This document shows positions 63,977 to 64,000 of a DNA stretch of 64,000 nucleotides, one piece after another. The position numbers and the translations under genes are program-made. Under the pieces are notes generated by a model. The model made no database searches. It saw only the letters and a program-made list of their open reading frames with translations, and was not told where the DNA came from. The stretch spans positions 3,458 to 67,457 of the forward strand of contig CANQRQ010000012.1 of NCBI GenBank assembly GCA_947626315.1, given 5' to 3'. This DNA is from an uncultured Oscillospiraceae bacterium. Its GTDB lineage: Bacteria; Bacillota; Clostridia; Oscillospirales; Oscillospiraceae. How positions within the stretch are numbered: position 1 is the stretch's first letter; each line of letters opens with the position of its first letter.

Positions 63977-64000
63977 GACGGGGCGGGCTTTGCGCCCGCC

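Overview
GC-rich Firmicutes chromosome. By gene content and operon order it looks like class Clostridia, perhaps Oscillospiraceae-like, but that is inference only. All homology calls come from motifs I recognise in the translations; no searches were run. Positions 1-47.6 kb are mostly core housekeeping. They hold a wall-polymer operon (tagF-like, a YidC::LtaS-like fusion, ugd), gap, a SpoVB/YabM-type flippase, hup and a yabO-like S4 gene. They also hold an SH3b/NlpC-P60 hydrolase, PBP1A, cardiolipin synthase and a lysine-riboswitch-controlled amino-acid ABC transporter. A long conserved block follows: trmH-dprA-topA-trmFO-plsX-rnc-radical SAM-smc-ftsY-yhbY-nadD::yqeK-rsfS-leuS-rpsU. It is followed by MerR and TetR modules. 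Positions 47.6-61 kb look accessory. They hold a BspA-type LRR surface protein with perfect internal DNA repeats and a decayed paralogue fragment. They also hold an ECF-type sigma/anti-sigma pair and a roughly 2,890-codon sortase-type adhesin split by a single in-frame TAG. The window ends with a LacI regulator and a sugar-binding lipoprotein. The main hunting results are:
- a 160-bp structured repeat family (3 copies), each flanked by a duplicated GC-rich hairpin;
- the split giant adhesin;
- the YidC::sulfatase fusion;
- an 0.8-kb gene-free, hairpin-rich, lower-GC region carrying its own intrinsic terminator;
- a train of abutting hairpins after the M48 gene;
- a histidine-kinase-like protein lacking the phospho-acceptor His.
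I recognised no rRNA, tRNA, CRISPR array, transposase or integrase. The many long ORFs antisense to real genes are high-GC artefacts.
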